Positions 24,493-37,771 of a stretch of DNA of 64,000 nt are shown piece after piece. A model generated the notes under the pieces. The model was not told the DNA's origin. It searched no databases and saw nothing but the letters and a program-made list of their open reading frames with translations. Source of the stretch: Acanthaster planci (lineage: Eukaryota); NCBI RefSeq assembly GCF_001949145.1, contig NW_019091361.1, forward strand, positions 2,052,919 to 2,116,918. The letters run 5' to 3'. Made by a program: the position numbers and the translations under genes. The stretch's first letter is position 1. Every line of letters starts with the position of its first letter.

Positions 24493-24647
24493 TTCACAAT
24501 AAGTGCGCCACCAAGAGTTTGCGACGCGTTGGCCAATCACAGTGCGCGAAATTTGTCGACCCAATTCGCGTTTGGAAAGGGTCGACAAATTTCGCGCCAC
24601 ATGATTAGCCAATGTGTTGCAAACTCTTGGTGACGCACTATTGTGAA
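24493..24647. mobile_element. Almost fully palindromic (foldback) MITE-like element, ~70-bp arms, 16-nt spacer
   Basis: TTCACAATAAGTGCGCCACCAAGAGTTTGC...GCGCGAAATTTGTCGACCC / GGGTCGACAAATTTCGCGC...GCAAACTCTTGGTGACGCACTATTGTGAA. Confidence 0.85.
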
Positions 24648-26467
24648 TCGCCTGTATTGTGCTGTGAAGTGAAAAAAATCGGAACATGTCATTATTTTTA
24701 TGCTCCAACCTGCTTGCCGACATTTTCATTTTCTTTTTGACTTCATGAAAACAAATTGCACATTCGGATGTCATGGCACCAGCATTATCCGTACCATTTA
24801 CTGGCTGGGATTATCCCAAAGTGAATACAGGTATTGTCAGTTAAATTTAAGATAGTAAACCAAAACCCGTTACATGTATTTGACATTTCAAATGTCTCTA
24901 TCCTCCTTGTGCTTCGGCGATAGAATGCTCCCTCACTAAAGATAATTCTTGAAATCACTCTCTTTAATTTGCCGACTCGCGGTTCGGATAAAACATCCTC
25001 TGTGTTTTTTTCTTTGCCAGATCATTTTTCTGTAGCGGAAAAATTATGTTTAGCTTTAGAAACCAAGTCCATTTTTATGGTAAACGGTGGTGCGTTTAAT
25101 GTGACCTAGCGTGGCAAACTCGATGACAGATAAGCATCGTTTGTCGACAGTTTTTCCTCGCCAAGTCTTTTTTTTTCTCCTTAAAAGTTAATTTTTCTCT
25201 TGGAAGAGAAGGGGCATGGCATCCCCGACAGATTGTCTAACCTGTGCACTGCTGGAGCCAGGGCCCCCGGTAAACAGAAACAATACTGCCCTTCTTGAAC
25301 TGACCTGGATTGGTAGTTTTTGTCTGCTGTAATTATGTTTAAAGTCTGGTTTACTTGTTAGGGACAGTTTCGTCTAGCCACGCGGTAAATGTCTGTGGTC
25401 TAGCCTAGTGCCGTAAAAAAAAAAATTAATGGCAACGAATCAAAATTGTGTTTGGCGGGAACAAAAGCCTGCTGTTTATTTTTATTTTGGAGGAAGAGGA
25501 GGGGTTAAAAAGGAGATTTGTTATTTTAGGTCCGTGTAAAATAATATGTATGAAATGATAAATAAACAGCAGTGGTGTATTTAGATATTGGAGTTAGGTG
25601 ATAACAAACGCACCTCATTCTCGAAAGAAGTAACCCCAGGAAATAGTGCATTTGTCCAATCTGTTGGACTGTAGCATAACTCCGCCCCCTTACCCAACAA
25701 ATTCAATGTGTAGCGCGCTATCATCACTTTAATAATGTTTTGTCTTTATATTATGCTGCAAGCAGTCAAGTGGCCACGGATGGTTGGTACTGTGTTTGGT
25801 TTCGCGTTCTCTCCCAAAATTCAAGCTACGATCATGGACCCTCTACTCAAACTTACCTGAATGCCTAGCTTGGTTTCAATGCCCATGGGGGTAATAAATT
25901 CAAGAGTGATCATGACTCATAGAATGTAGCTATTATAAACCTCTAGGCCGGGAAGCCGAAGACATCCAAGGTACCCCCAGGCAACGTTGTGGTGTTTTGT
26001 GCGCGTGCTTTTCAACGTCAAAATGAAATGTTTGTTGTGTGATGAGAATAAAAAGTCTAATCAAACTGATTAGAATAGGTGGCAACTAACTTGCTACTCA
26101 TTCATTCATAGATGACGATCTCTTGCCACCAGGCCGTTCTAGGCTTTTGTACAAGAGAATTGGATTGGCAATGATCTCGTGAGATCATCTTGCACATATT
26201 TGCGCGTGTTGGGTGTCTGCAATGTTTTGTTCTAATCGACTGCATTCACCTTGAATGAGTCGATTAGAACAGTCTTTCTGTAATAACTGGCAGATTTGGG
26301 AGGGGGTTGGAAGTCACCTCTTCGCCAGAAGTAGGCCAATAATGTAGAGCTCTAGACCTTAAGTGGCTAAGTCGAGGCATCCCATGGTCTAGGACAATGA
26401 AAGCCCAAGGGGAGGAGGGCGTCTCCCTAAAGTTGTCTGAAGCTGTCACCTGCCACCGTACTTGACA

Positions 26468-26873
26468 ATACACCTTTTCATCAATAAATTCATAATTATG
26501 CACGCATGCGCACAGATGGCCTTGGCGGCTAGAAGTATGAGCGGGCCATTGAAGAGGTACAGGGGCGCGACTTTGATGATAATTTTCTCTTAGGCTCTCT
26601 GGCTTTGTTCATTTTTTTCTTCAGAAAATCCCATTAAATCGTTTTAGCTATTACTAGTTCCTATTCTAAGTGGAAGTTTTAGTGCTCTGTAAAAAGACTT
26701 TGTAATCGTGATTTTTCCTGCATCTGCGCACGAGATCGCCGTTTCTTAGTATGGGCCCCCTTCCATGACATCACACCCCTGTATCTTTTCATTGGCCTGC
26801 TCACACTTCTTGCCTCCAGGGCCGTTTGTGCGCATGCGTGCATAATTATGAATTTATTAGTGAAAGGGTCTAT
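26468..26873. mobile_element. MITE with ~100-bp terminal inverted repeats
   Basis: Left arm ATACACCTTTTCATCAATAAATTCATAATTATGCACGCATGCGCACA...TACAGGGG is the reverse complement of the right arm CCCCTGTA...TGTGCGCATGCGTGCATAATTATGAATTTATTAGTGAAAGGGTCTAT; AT-rich ~200-nt core. Confidence 0.9.
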
Positions 26874-29800
26874 CATAGAGATAAATTTTGGCTGTTTGCC
26901 GTATTGCAGTGTCCGATTGATATCGAGTTGTCCTAGTATCAATTCGTAATGGTCGGTTTGCGGTACGTGCCACACCCTTTGCCAGAGTGAGTCAGGAAAA
27001 CTGATGCCTCCCTTCCCATTGCTTTTTAAACATCTCCACCCCTGAAAAAGTGAAATTTTATGAAAGTCATTCTTAATTTGTGGCTCGTCTGTAGGCCATT
27101 ATTATTATTGAGCTTGCAAATTTGTTTATTAATTTTTGTTTGGGCTCAAACCAGTGAGGGAGGATTTGGGTTCGGGGACCCGCATAGAACTATGGGGCTC
27201 CCGTTCCGAGTCTGAGAGGCGGAACGTGGAGCCCTCTACTTCTAGGGTAGACTTGGGGTAAGCATTTGCCTACAAAATAGATAGGGCCTACAGTAATTTG
27301 GGTTTTTCAGGGCTGGTTTTCTCATGAGGGTTTCCCTGTTGCCCGTTTTGCCTTCCCCGGAAGAACTCGAAGGCCGGCTCTGGTCACTGTCCGTCAGCGG
27401 CAGGTTCATAACACGCTTAACGTACCGATCAATGCCGATGTGTAAACACAAGAATGAGAGACCAGGTCGCACGATTGTCTTGTTTATGAGATGAGATCAA
27501 TTTCGGGTATTTCTACAAGTTGCCTATATTTTTCCTTTCCCCCCAAGTTCTCTGGTCGAGTATCACAAACTGCCAAGTGCAAGTTGGCAGGAACCCAAAG
27601 ATGAGACTGCGCCGCACTTTTTTCTATCTATCACCATTTTATCTGTGCAGAGAGCGGCGCAGACGTAACCGTTTCATGTCCATCGTCAAAGCATTTAATA
27701 GTGTGGAGACTGCGGATATGGACATGGATTTACACTTAGCTAGCGACCGCGAGGTATGCAAACCGCGTGAACCGTGCATTAGGCCGACATGTTTTATGTC
27801 CACGAAGTTCGCAGGTTCTGGTGCCAAGTTTTTGGTTCGAAGCGGCTTGTTACAAGAGCAAATTGAGGTTTGCGCGATGAGTGGAAACAGGCATGCATCA
27901 AGGTCATAAAAAGGGTGTTTGACATCGTAAGGACAAACACGCTATATGCATTCTTCATTTCTTAGAACTGAATCTTTCACGAAACAGAAAAACACTATTC
28001 CATCTAATATATCGCTTTACCAAAACATTTTGACTTACTCCCTGTCACGAATTATCGCATATGCTGTCTCCTAAGCTCTCATCAGAACCAAGAATGCCAG
28101 CTCAGCAAGTGTCTGACAAAAACTGTAGCCCTCTCAGTGTGACATTAAGTTGGCGTAGTGTCCAACTGGATGTATTCTGCCAAGGTTGAAATCAACAGTT
28201 GAAAGTGTGACATACGAGCCCTCCTATACTAAAGTATCAATTATGTTGTCATAATTAAGAAATTGCATTTATACAGCAGTTCAATTAACGGTGAAGCTAA
28301 AGTTTGCAATTAGTGATTCACTCAGACAGAAACAAAACGAAAACACAACATTACAAAAAAAAAAGCAATGAACTTGAACAGCATTTTGTAATTTTATGGT
28401 AAACTCACTTTTCAAGAAATTGAAGGAATGATATAGATGGGCCTGCTAATTATCACCAGCAATAAGTCTTAGCACACTGATACCATTTCTTTTCCTTTCA
28501 ACAATACAAAGCATTCATTGTTCACAGTCTGATTAGTCAGGCCATTCAAAGGATGCCGCAGCCTATAAGAAGTCATCTTGGTGTAAAAGATGAATTAAAA
28601 CTAGGGGATCTTTAGATGAAATTTGAACGTGATCAAAGGTCTCAAATCGTGTGGCAGGCGCAAAAAGTATGCAAAAATAGAGAGGGCACACTCTAAATTT
28701 TGATAAGAGTAAAACATGAGATGACGACCCATAATCTGGTCTTGTGGTTACCACGTGGCATCGAATCCTGTGGATGAAAGAGGTAAGCTTTATTGAATGA
28801 CGCTAGGTTCAAGGTTTCGTTTTAGTTGTTTTTACGTTGAGTATCAATTGTTACGAAAAAACTCTTGGCTCGCCTACACAACCTTCAAAAGTGGTGATCG
28901 CCTCCTTCATCGGTACAAGAAAAAATACAGGAAATTCAAATTGTCGCCAAGGAAAATGCCTTTTCTTGGGGGATCTCCGTCCGGTCCCCCTTCAACCCCT
29001 CCCACGAGGGGTTAGAGCAGTACAATCACAGTGACCTTGCCCCGGCGACTGCGGGCAATGCTCGACAGGAACACTGATACTCGTCCATCGTCGGACCTAG
29101 GGGTCGGACTACTTTTCGGGCTCTCTCTGAATCACATCTGATGGGGGTTTGTGTAAATCACGGAGAAATAATGAGCTCAGCGAGAAAAGGAAATTATTGG
29201 CCAATTTTGAGGGATTCCATGAGTCATATTTCGTTATCAAGGGCGTAGAAAGTACTCTGCGGGAGAGAGAGGGGTTTGAAAACGTCGTCACCCCGTTTGC
29301 CCACTTCACCCCAGGCCTACCACATCCACCTTTGTGCTGACTGTAACGTTCGTTTCGAAGAACTAAGTTGGAACCAGCTTTTCCCCAACAGTGTACGGTC
29401 TTCAGGGCTTGAAAATCCACAAGGGTCCTATTGCTTACGCAGTTCAATTATCGTCTTTGTTCGCTCCGAAGTGACCCCCTTTCTTCGATCCATCAGCTGA
29501 AGCCGAGGATGTGAACCAAGATCTGGGGTCTGACCTGTTTATGATCACTCCATGGTCATACAGTGTATTAATAGACATTCTGCATTTGAAAATTCAGTGG
29601 TGATCCAACGCAGATATTGGTATGCTTTGGGGCGGGGGACGTCCTCCTGTCGGAGCCATTTCGTACACCCCGTCCCTCGGGAGTGTGAGTATAGTGCAGC
29701 TGCTCCCGGCATTGAGCGGGTAAATTTATCGCCACCCTTGGGATAAAAGTCATTTGTCGACATTCGAAATGATCAGCCAGTCTTATACGGGAAAAGACGA

Positions 29801-30435
29801 GACATGGGCGTCAATTATATTTAAAATCTGCTCGTTTCTTAATTTCTTGAAGGCTTATTGTGGATTAAAAAGTTGAATATATGACTGTAAAAATAAGACG
29901 CAGAGAAGCAAAGCACGCGTGTCGTCCCCAAATGTTATCAATTCAGTGCTATCAATAACATTTACCGATTTTCTGCTATCGGGTTATGGAAAAAATCTCG
30001 AAGTCTTCAAATTTCATAGCCGATTTTGGATGGGTGGCTCATTCATAGCTAGACGTGTACTTTGGGGATTACATGCAAAATTCCCCTTTCCGTGTAACAG
30101 GTTTAGCCAGTTTCCTCGACATTAAAGATTTGATCGAGTTTCTGACCGATCAACGCTGACACGCCGGATTGTGGGTAGGGCAGTGGCTTTCCTAACAGTT
30201 AGGTACCAATTTTCCCAAGCCTTGTGATCAGTTGTAGGTAGGAGAACTGACACGTCAGCCCCAAGTCTCACTGGAGTCAGTGTGAATTGGCATAACAAAT
30301 AAACCTGAGGTATTCTTAAACCATATCAGAACAGACGCACCAGAGCAGGAGATGGTGGGCCTACACTTGCACTTATTCAATGTTCAGTTCCTGACACTTA
30401 TCTAAAAACTAAGGCTTATGAAAAAAAAAGGATGC

Positions 30436-30555
30436 TACCCAGTGGGCACAAGATATTGTTCCAACGTTGTTTCTGTGCCGAAATGACACTGTGACGTCAG
30501 TGCAGCATCATTTCAGCCTTGAACCAACATCAAAAATATTCTATGCGCACTGGTA
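30436..30555. mobile_element. Degenerate palindromic MITE-like element
   Basis: TACCCAGTGGGCACAAGATATTG... / ...AATATTCTATGCGCACTGGTA with nested internal symmetry GAAATGA...CACTG..CAGTG...TCATTTC. Confidence 0.65.
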
Positions 30556-30648
30556 TATATGGCTGTTCCAATAGTTCATATTGCATTCCAACTAATAAAG
30601 CCCACGAGTTTGTTTCTCGCACTCTACTTTCCGTACTACGTTTTCAAT

Positions 30649-31401
30649 NNNNNNNNNNNNNNNNNNNNNNNNNNNNNNNNNNNNNNNNNNNNNNNNNNNN
30701 NNNNNNNNNNNNNNNNNNNNNNNNNNNNNNNNNNNNNNNNNNNNNNNNNNNNNNNNNNNNNNNNNNNNNNNNNNNNNNNNNNNNNNNNNNNNNNNNNNNN
30801 NNNNNNNNNNNNNNNNNNNNNNNNNNNNNNNNNNNNNNNNNNNNNNNNNNNNNNNNNNNNNNNNNNNNNNNNNNNNNNNNNNNNNNNNNNNNNNNNNNNN
30901 NNNNNNNNNNNNNNNNNNNNNNNNNNNNNNNNNNNNNNNNNNNNNNNNNNNNNNNNNNNNNNNNNNNNNNNNNNNNNNNNNNNNNNNNNNNNNNNNNNNN
31001 NNNNNNNNNNNNNNNNNNNNNNNNNNNNNNNNNNNNNNNNNNNNNNNNNNNNNNNNNNNNNNNNNNNNNNNNNNNNNNNNNNNNNNNNNNNNNNNNNNNN
31101 NNNNNNNNNNNNNNNNNNNNNNNNNNNNNNNNNNNNNNNNNNNNNNNNNNNNNNNNNNNNNNNNNNNNNNNNNNNNNNNNNNNNNNNNNNNNNNNNNNNN
31201 NNNNNNNNNNNNNNNNNNNNNNNNNNNNNNNNNNNNNNNNNNNNNNNNNNNNNNNNNNNNNNNNNNNNNNNNNNNNNNNNNNNNNNNNNNNNNNNNNNNN
31301 NNNNNNNNNNNNNNNNNNNNNNNNNNNNNNNNNNNNNNNNNNNNNNNNNNNNNNNNNNNNNNNNNNNNNNNNNNNNNNNNNNNNNNNNNNNNNNNNNNNN
31401 N
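30649..31401. other. Assembly gap (753 N)
   Basis: Run of N bases. Confidence 1.
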
Positions 31402-31845
31402 GCTAACCGTGCAGAAACTGTATCCCATCATAACTTGGACATATTATCATCATTTTCGTAAAGTGCCCTGACACAGATATAACAGAATGCAAGAAAGAGG
31501 TCACTGTCCTGGCGCAGGTGCGCAGACTACACTTGTACTTGTACATGTATATAATCCAATGACAAGTCGTATAAGCACAATTTCCGTATGACATGCATAC
31601 AGTATTGTTGAATTACAACAAAGTATGTAGTCATTCATTTGGCTCTTTGACCTGCGTTTAAAAGAACCACCAGACTGTTTTGGTGTGCTGCACTCACTCC
31701 GGAAAGTTTTGTTTACCATAGGAATGTAACATTTTTTCATCATGCATGTCCTCTCCCGGGATCCGTAATCAAGTCAAACAAAGTAAGTCCAGCAAAAGAA
31801 CAGTATGCAAAATGGTGCTCTCCTCCCACTCACTATGAGGACCAC

Positions 31846-31856
31846 GGTTCGAACCC
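31846..31856 (+). repeat. Isolated Pol III B-box, possible tRNA-derived SINE remnant
   Basis: GGTTCGAACCC matches the B-box consensus; no A-box or cloverleaf recognised. Confidence 0.25.
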
Positions 31857-34068
31857 CATTTAGTGTGGTGTACAAATCGGATACTTCAGTCCTGAGCTCG
31901 GCTCTTTTAATGATGATACCCTTTTGGAACAGCTCCCCTTTTTAAAGCAATAAGCGTACAATTTAAGCAAAAAGTTGCAGAAAATTCTTGACTCCGGTTA
32001 AATTATAACTTCAAATAAAATGTGATGTTAAAAAACCTTATCAGCGTTAATATTCCTTAACAAAAATGGATAAAACATGTATACTTCATAAAATAGAACC
32101 AAGGAAACCTTAAGAGCAGGTCAAGTATGCCCCTTTTAAATCAGGTTTAACGTTTTGAGAATTTTTAGGATGGGCCTTTATCCTATACACAATAGATCTT
32201 CCAAACAAGAAGGTAATACATACGCAAAACGTGAGAGAGCATACCCCAAAAAAGTTCGGAGTGGGACTCGAAATTCCACAACGATTTCGCCACCAACCGC
32301 CAGCATTCATCGTATTGCATACATTTTACTTTTTTGAATGTGTTAAGTTTAGTTTGAACACAGAGGCGACGTAGTTATCTGACTCTTTCAATTTTGTCAG
32401 GAAAGGGTGAATTTGGTTGTATTTTCCTCTCAATCAAAAATTTAGATGGGCCAATGGGACAACCTTGCCTGTTTTGATTTAAGCACAGGAACAGAAACAC
32501 AGGCAATCCCGTGGTTATAGCCATGGCGTGAGTCTGCAGTGGACCAATCACGAGTTAGATCACGTGACTTTTTCACCAAGTTCAACAGGTTCCTTTAGCC
32601 ATTGTAAGGTTGCAATTACGACGTAATGAATTGATATAAAGATTCTGTTCTTGTCCACGACCAATGTCAACTTAACCAGCACCGGCCAGTACACACTTTT
32701 GAGAAGCAGAAAGGTAGGCCTATGCTTTGCTTGGAAGCAAAAATCAGTTACTGTATGTGGCCTATACGCAACATGTGATGTCGCTCGATGGAAGCATTGC
32801 GGCTTACTGGTTTCTCACAGTTTTGCTTACCTTGAAGAGTTGCTGAGTTGTTTTATTTTTCGCTTCGTGAACTTGGCTCTGAATTCACTTGGTTCTTTGT
32901 AAAAACCGCCCCTTTAAACACAACCAGGGCACTTGAATTTAGTCAGGTGGTCGGCTGGGAGATTGTCAGACGGGTGTGGGGGCACAGACTCAGGGTCAAG
33001 TTCCCACACATCCCTGGGGGCATGTGGGTGGGGAGGATACACTGCCTAACGCGGGGATGTACGGACCGAGCGCGGTGACATTAAGCCCCCCTTTTCCTCG
33101 ATGGGAAATCGAATTAACGTTCGCTGTCTTCATTCACTGCGTGTCGGTTTACGTTAGCCCCGATGTGTTGGCAGTTTAACTTCGCACGTTGCGCCACGTA
33201 GAGTGTTACGTGTTCATTGTCAGGCTGTTCTAATGTAGTGCCTTTGCAGACATCACTGATAGTGACTCCTTGAGCACGAACCCCTCGCCCTGTAGTTTTG
33301 TTATGGCCGGGTTTGCCTATGCAGCATCATCCCCTCTAGCCTCTTCTTCAAACCATGCTCCACACATGAAGTCACCAAATTTTGGAGCCATGTACAATGG
33401 CAGTTCATTTCGATCTACATTGAACATCCTAGATTGCAACACAGAGTAGGGCCTTCCATAAAGGCGTGAAGCTATTAATAGATTTGAGCATGGAGTTATT
33501 GACAGTGCCATGCTTAAAATCGATCGCCATTTTGTACTTTGCCTATTTCCTCACTAAAGACCGATTCACACTTGAGGCGAAAGCAGAAGCGATTCGTCAC
33601 GATTCGTTTGCAACAAAAGCCGCTAGAGTCTGAGAGATGAAATGTGTTCCGCTTTAGCAGATTCTCAGCGCAAATATTTGATCTGACGTCTGAAAAATGG
33701 CGCTCGGTATCACTTCTGCGTAGAATATGACCCTGCCTTGTTACAGAGGGAGTAGTTTCAATGCATTTCCTCTTTGCCAAACTGCAAGGTAAACGACAGC
33801 ATCCACGGACAATAATAATTCGAGACACGGGGACACTGTCCCTCGGGGATGTTGGGTTGGCATAATATTACGACACAATCTTTTAAGATCGCTATACAGG
33901 AAAAGAAACTTGAACAATGCAAAAATCCTGCCACTCTGGACCTCCTATCCAATGGATTTTAATCGCATGCTTGAGCACAACACAGTATTTGGTATTCCGG
34001 TACTGGTCCTCGGTCTTTGAATTTTAATGTAGGAGGATGACGTTTACTCCCAAATGCAAGTTTTTGTC

Positions 34069-34320
34069 CAGTGGCGTAATTCGGGGGGGGGGGGAGGAAC
34101 TACGTGCCCCAAGGGATGTCCCGAACCCCTTTTTCAAGCAAAGGTCGCAGTTGGCAACTCAAATTTGGAACAATTAAGAGAGGCTTATGGAGGATTGAGT
34201 GCGACCACATAACCAAATGACGGGAAGCAGACTGTTTAAACAAAATAAACTGAGATTTTATCCTTTGCAAGGGGTGACAAATAACCCTCTCTTCCCTCCT
34301 CCCCCCCTCTCCGGGCTCCA
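34069..34320. mobile_element. Degenerate MITE-like remnant (CAGTGGCGTA terminus)
   Basis: CAGTGGCGTA followed by a G-run, and a C-run near 34300; right terminus eroded. A similar head occurs at 61542. Confidence 0.4.
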
Positions 34321-37300
34321 GATACTAAATTATGGTCTCTGAACGAAGCGTGGTGAATGATTTGATAGGAAATGTTTAAACCCTCTCTGTTGTTCACGGC
34401 GGAAAGGGGAAATGTCCGCATAAATTGATCTTGAATCAAGATTAAAATTGTTACAGCATGTAGCTTTTCGATAGCTTCACGGAAAGAGACGCGTCAGTTT
34501 TCCACTTTTAGCCGAGTCTTTATTTTGGGGGCGGCACAGACGACATAAATTCGCATTAATCAACACCCCAAAGCGGAGGGAAAAATTCTCTCGGCATTGT
34601 CGACACGAAATTCCGACTACAGAAAATGTGTAAGGTAGCTGTCGGTTAGACCAAGCATTTCGGAGTGCATGTGTATGATGCTCTTTTCATTTAGTGAGGC
34701 AAGGGAAATCCACGCTTTTCACAGGAAATCCACATGTTTACAACTGGGAACTGGCAAGCCAGTTGGAAGCGTTGCAACATTCATGGCTGACGTTCTGAGG
34801 TCACCTCCGATTACAGGTTCGAAGCGACATTATTTCCATTGGGCGTTTCACAGATTATTGCCATCAGAAGAAGTTGCAATCGACAGGTTGATCTGAGAAT
34901 CTATCGACTATACTGTCGGTAAGGGAGTGGGCAAACATCACCAAGGGAATTAAGATGAAGTCGTGGAATGTTTATGCTTTCATGAGCACTGCTCGGGACC
35001 TTTCTGTTTAGTACCGCTCATTCGGAGATAATAAGTGTCATATTATTCCCACATGACGAGGGTGAATGTGATGGGTATTTGTGGCGAGCGTTGCAATCTT
35101 TCTAATGTTGAAGGCTTGTCATACATACAGTGGATTTGAAATACAGGCAATATGCAATCCGATGAACAAAATAGTCGTAATATTGAAGAAAAAATCAGCA
35201 ATATTCAATACTAAATAACGACATTTTCGAGAACTCTAGTCGAGCGTAACCAAAGGGGTGTCTACTGGCAGACTGGTTGGAGAATTTAGAAGCAAAATAA
35301 AACCTCTGATAGAGGTCAAATTAAGCCTTAAGGAGATCGTTAGAAATAACAAATCAGCATTGTGAAAGCAGATGAAAAATACAAAACCCGGATAGTTAAA
35401 ATATGTCAAAGCGCAGGACGGTGTATTGTTAAAAGATTATCATGTCAATTGCTATTTTACTTGTGCATTCTCAGCCCAATTTGAACTCAAATCGGAATGG
35501 GTGAGAAATTCGATGTTGCAACGGGAAGTCAAAATCCAGACTGTGCGTCTGTTAACTTCAGTGTAAGTAAAATCTCTAGGTTCTCAGTTGGTTTCTTGTC
35601 TGGACAAGTGCCACACACAACTATCATGAGACTAGATGTAAACTTCATCGCATGTACACACGTTGGCAATCGTCTGTGTCTTCCGGGAAGCCGCTATAAA
35701 GGTATGACACACAGAATGTTATGTAGCACACATCCTGCTGATTTTCAAAGATAAATTTTCCTTTCGAAATGTGCCAGTTCTGTTTTGTTCGACACACTGC
35801 TTCAGGTGCAGATGGGGAAAGAACGAAATTCACAGTTCTAAAGAAACAGTTACCCAAACCGTTTAAACTTCATGGTAGTTGACTTGTTCAAAATGTCAAT
35901 GTTCTTTTTTCTTATTTATTACGCGACAACGCTGACGGCATCCTTCTTTTGAAGCATTTAGTCATAGTGCCGTACTTAATGAACGGATGGGTAGGCCGTG
36001 ATTCATGATTTGCTTTTCACTGCACAGTGCGGCACCTTGAATTGGAAAAAGTTGGAAGGTCGTCGCACAAACATCTTGATGAATGGAAAAAATCATCCGA
36101 CGCGACATTGGCATCACAGTTATCTGCTGCAGGTTTAACTCCGCGATGCGCCCCCATCTTCCACAGAGATATACCTTATGATGGGAGTTATGTTTTCAAT
36201 CAGTTGACTCTCTGATTGAATTAAATCCCGAATTCTCTCCTAAGAGGACCGGCGCCGAATCCTGACCCAGTTTTCCTGGTCTCTTTGGTCCGTGCCGCGC
36301 ACCGGAGGTGGAACAATGTAACATTCTCGACGGCAATTAATGGCCATCCTGTCATGCCCTCGCGCGAGTGCCGACTACGATCACACGGCTGTGTGCGCGT
36401 CTTGAAAGTAAGTTTTAAACCAATCACGCCGCAGGAGTGCGACCTCACGAGAGGAAAAGCGCAAGAAGTCCTCGGGATATGCTAATGTTGTTTCTCTTGG
36501 ACGAAATAAGAGATGTAACTTCAGTTCCGTTCGAGTGGCTTCCACGGGGCTACCGTCATGGGAGGTGGTGTGCTAGCTGCACGTCAAGGGAGCGAGATGT
36601 AAGGGCGAAGTCGAACTCGAGTAAACTCGTGGAAGCTACTTGAACGCACCCTGTAGTTGTTGATTTGATTGTTCACTCCTTAGATTCTCTTATGGGACAC
36701 ACGCTCTTATTTTCCTAAACTCGAACCAGAGCTATAATGTGGTTTCTATTTGTGCTTTCCCGTGCTGATCACCAGGGACATTTTCCTGGCTCAATCCACC
36801 GTGAAACCTTCTGACAGGTTTTACTGTGTGAATCTGGGTCTTTGTGAATTCTCTGATCGTTCTATCGCAAGGGTCAATAGTAAATAAGAATTTCTATGCC
36901 TACGTCCTTTGCGCGACCGGAAAGTAGTCCTGTGTACATGTATATGCGAAGAAAAAATCTAAATGTGAACACACACAGTTATCTGCCAATGTCATGCATA
37001 CCGTCTGTCGGCAGGGCTACTACTGACGGAATCATTTGGCCCCCCGTTTGGATGAGACGAAGAAAAGAAAGAAACGAAAGACAGAAAACAGGAAAATTTA
37101 ATGCTTTTTTCAAGGATAGGCTCAGCTCGCGTGGGACTGTGGACTTTCATGTTCAATAATTCAAGCCTGGGAATGTGATGTGGATATTGTCGAAGTCAGG
37201 AAAGGATGTGTAGTATCCTTGAAGCATTTTTTTTCTCTTGGGCCCTTGTATGAATCACGTTTATGTTTCATATACTTAAATTTAGTGCCTAGCAAATTTA

Positions 37301-37608
37301 ATAATGCAGAACGGCTCAGCCCAATATTACCAGGTCAGTCAGGGATTTGGTGCAGCGAGCGTGCTTTCCTTACACATACTTGACACAACAGTGAATCAGA
37401 ACGACCCGCCTCAAAATTAACCCATTTGCCAGACGTAAGGTTGGCAGACTTCGCTCTTCCCATATCCAGGGTGCTGGATCATGGAACAAGCTTACCCATT
37501 TCTTAGACACGCTGCAAAGCCTTGTGGGTTGCTTTGGTCCTAAACTAATACATGCGCAGTCAGCGCTCAAGTGTCACGTGCACACAGTTGACCCGGGCTA
37601 TCCGCCCT

Positions 37609-37771
37609 GAGCAGAAGCACCCCCTCATCGGTTGAAAAGAGCCGTGTTGGTCGGAAGTGTTCATTTTGTTGGCAGCGATGTGACTGCAACACTTGTTTCA
37701 TAGTCGTTCATGAACCAAAAGGAACATCCATTCCTTTGCTGGGAAAAATTCTGCCCTCGTTTGCTCAGCTC
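37609..37771 (+). repeat. Dispersed direct repeat, copy 1 of 2
   Basis: GAGCAGAAGCACCCCCTCATCGGTTGAAAAGAGCCGTGTTGGTCGGAAGTGTT... is collinear with 41314-41499. Confidence 0.85.

Noticed and set aside
27646..27710. bHLH basic region (RERRRRNRFMSIVKAF)
   Set aside because: Spacing does not fit ERxRxxx(I/L)NxxFxxL and no loop/helix 2 follows.
28983..28997. miR-133-like sequence GGTCCCCCTTCAACC
   Set aside because: Seed start missing, extra C, no complementary arm; low-complexity chance match.
30519..31461. Three ~280-300-aa ORFs
   Set aside because: Artefacts of translating through the N gap.
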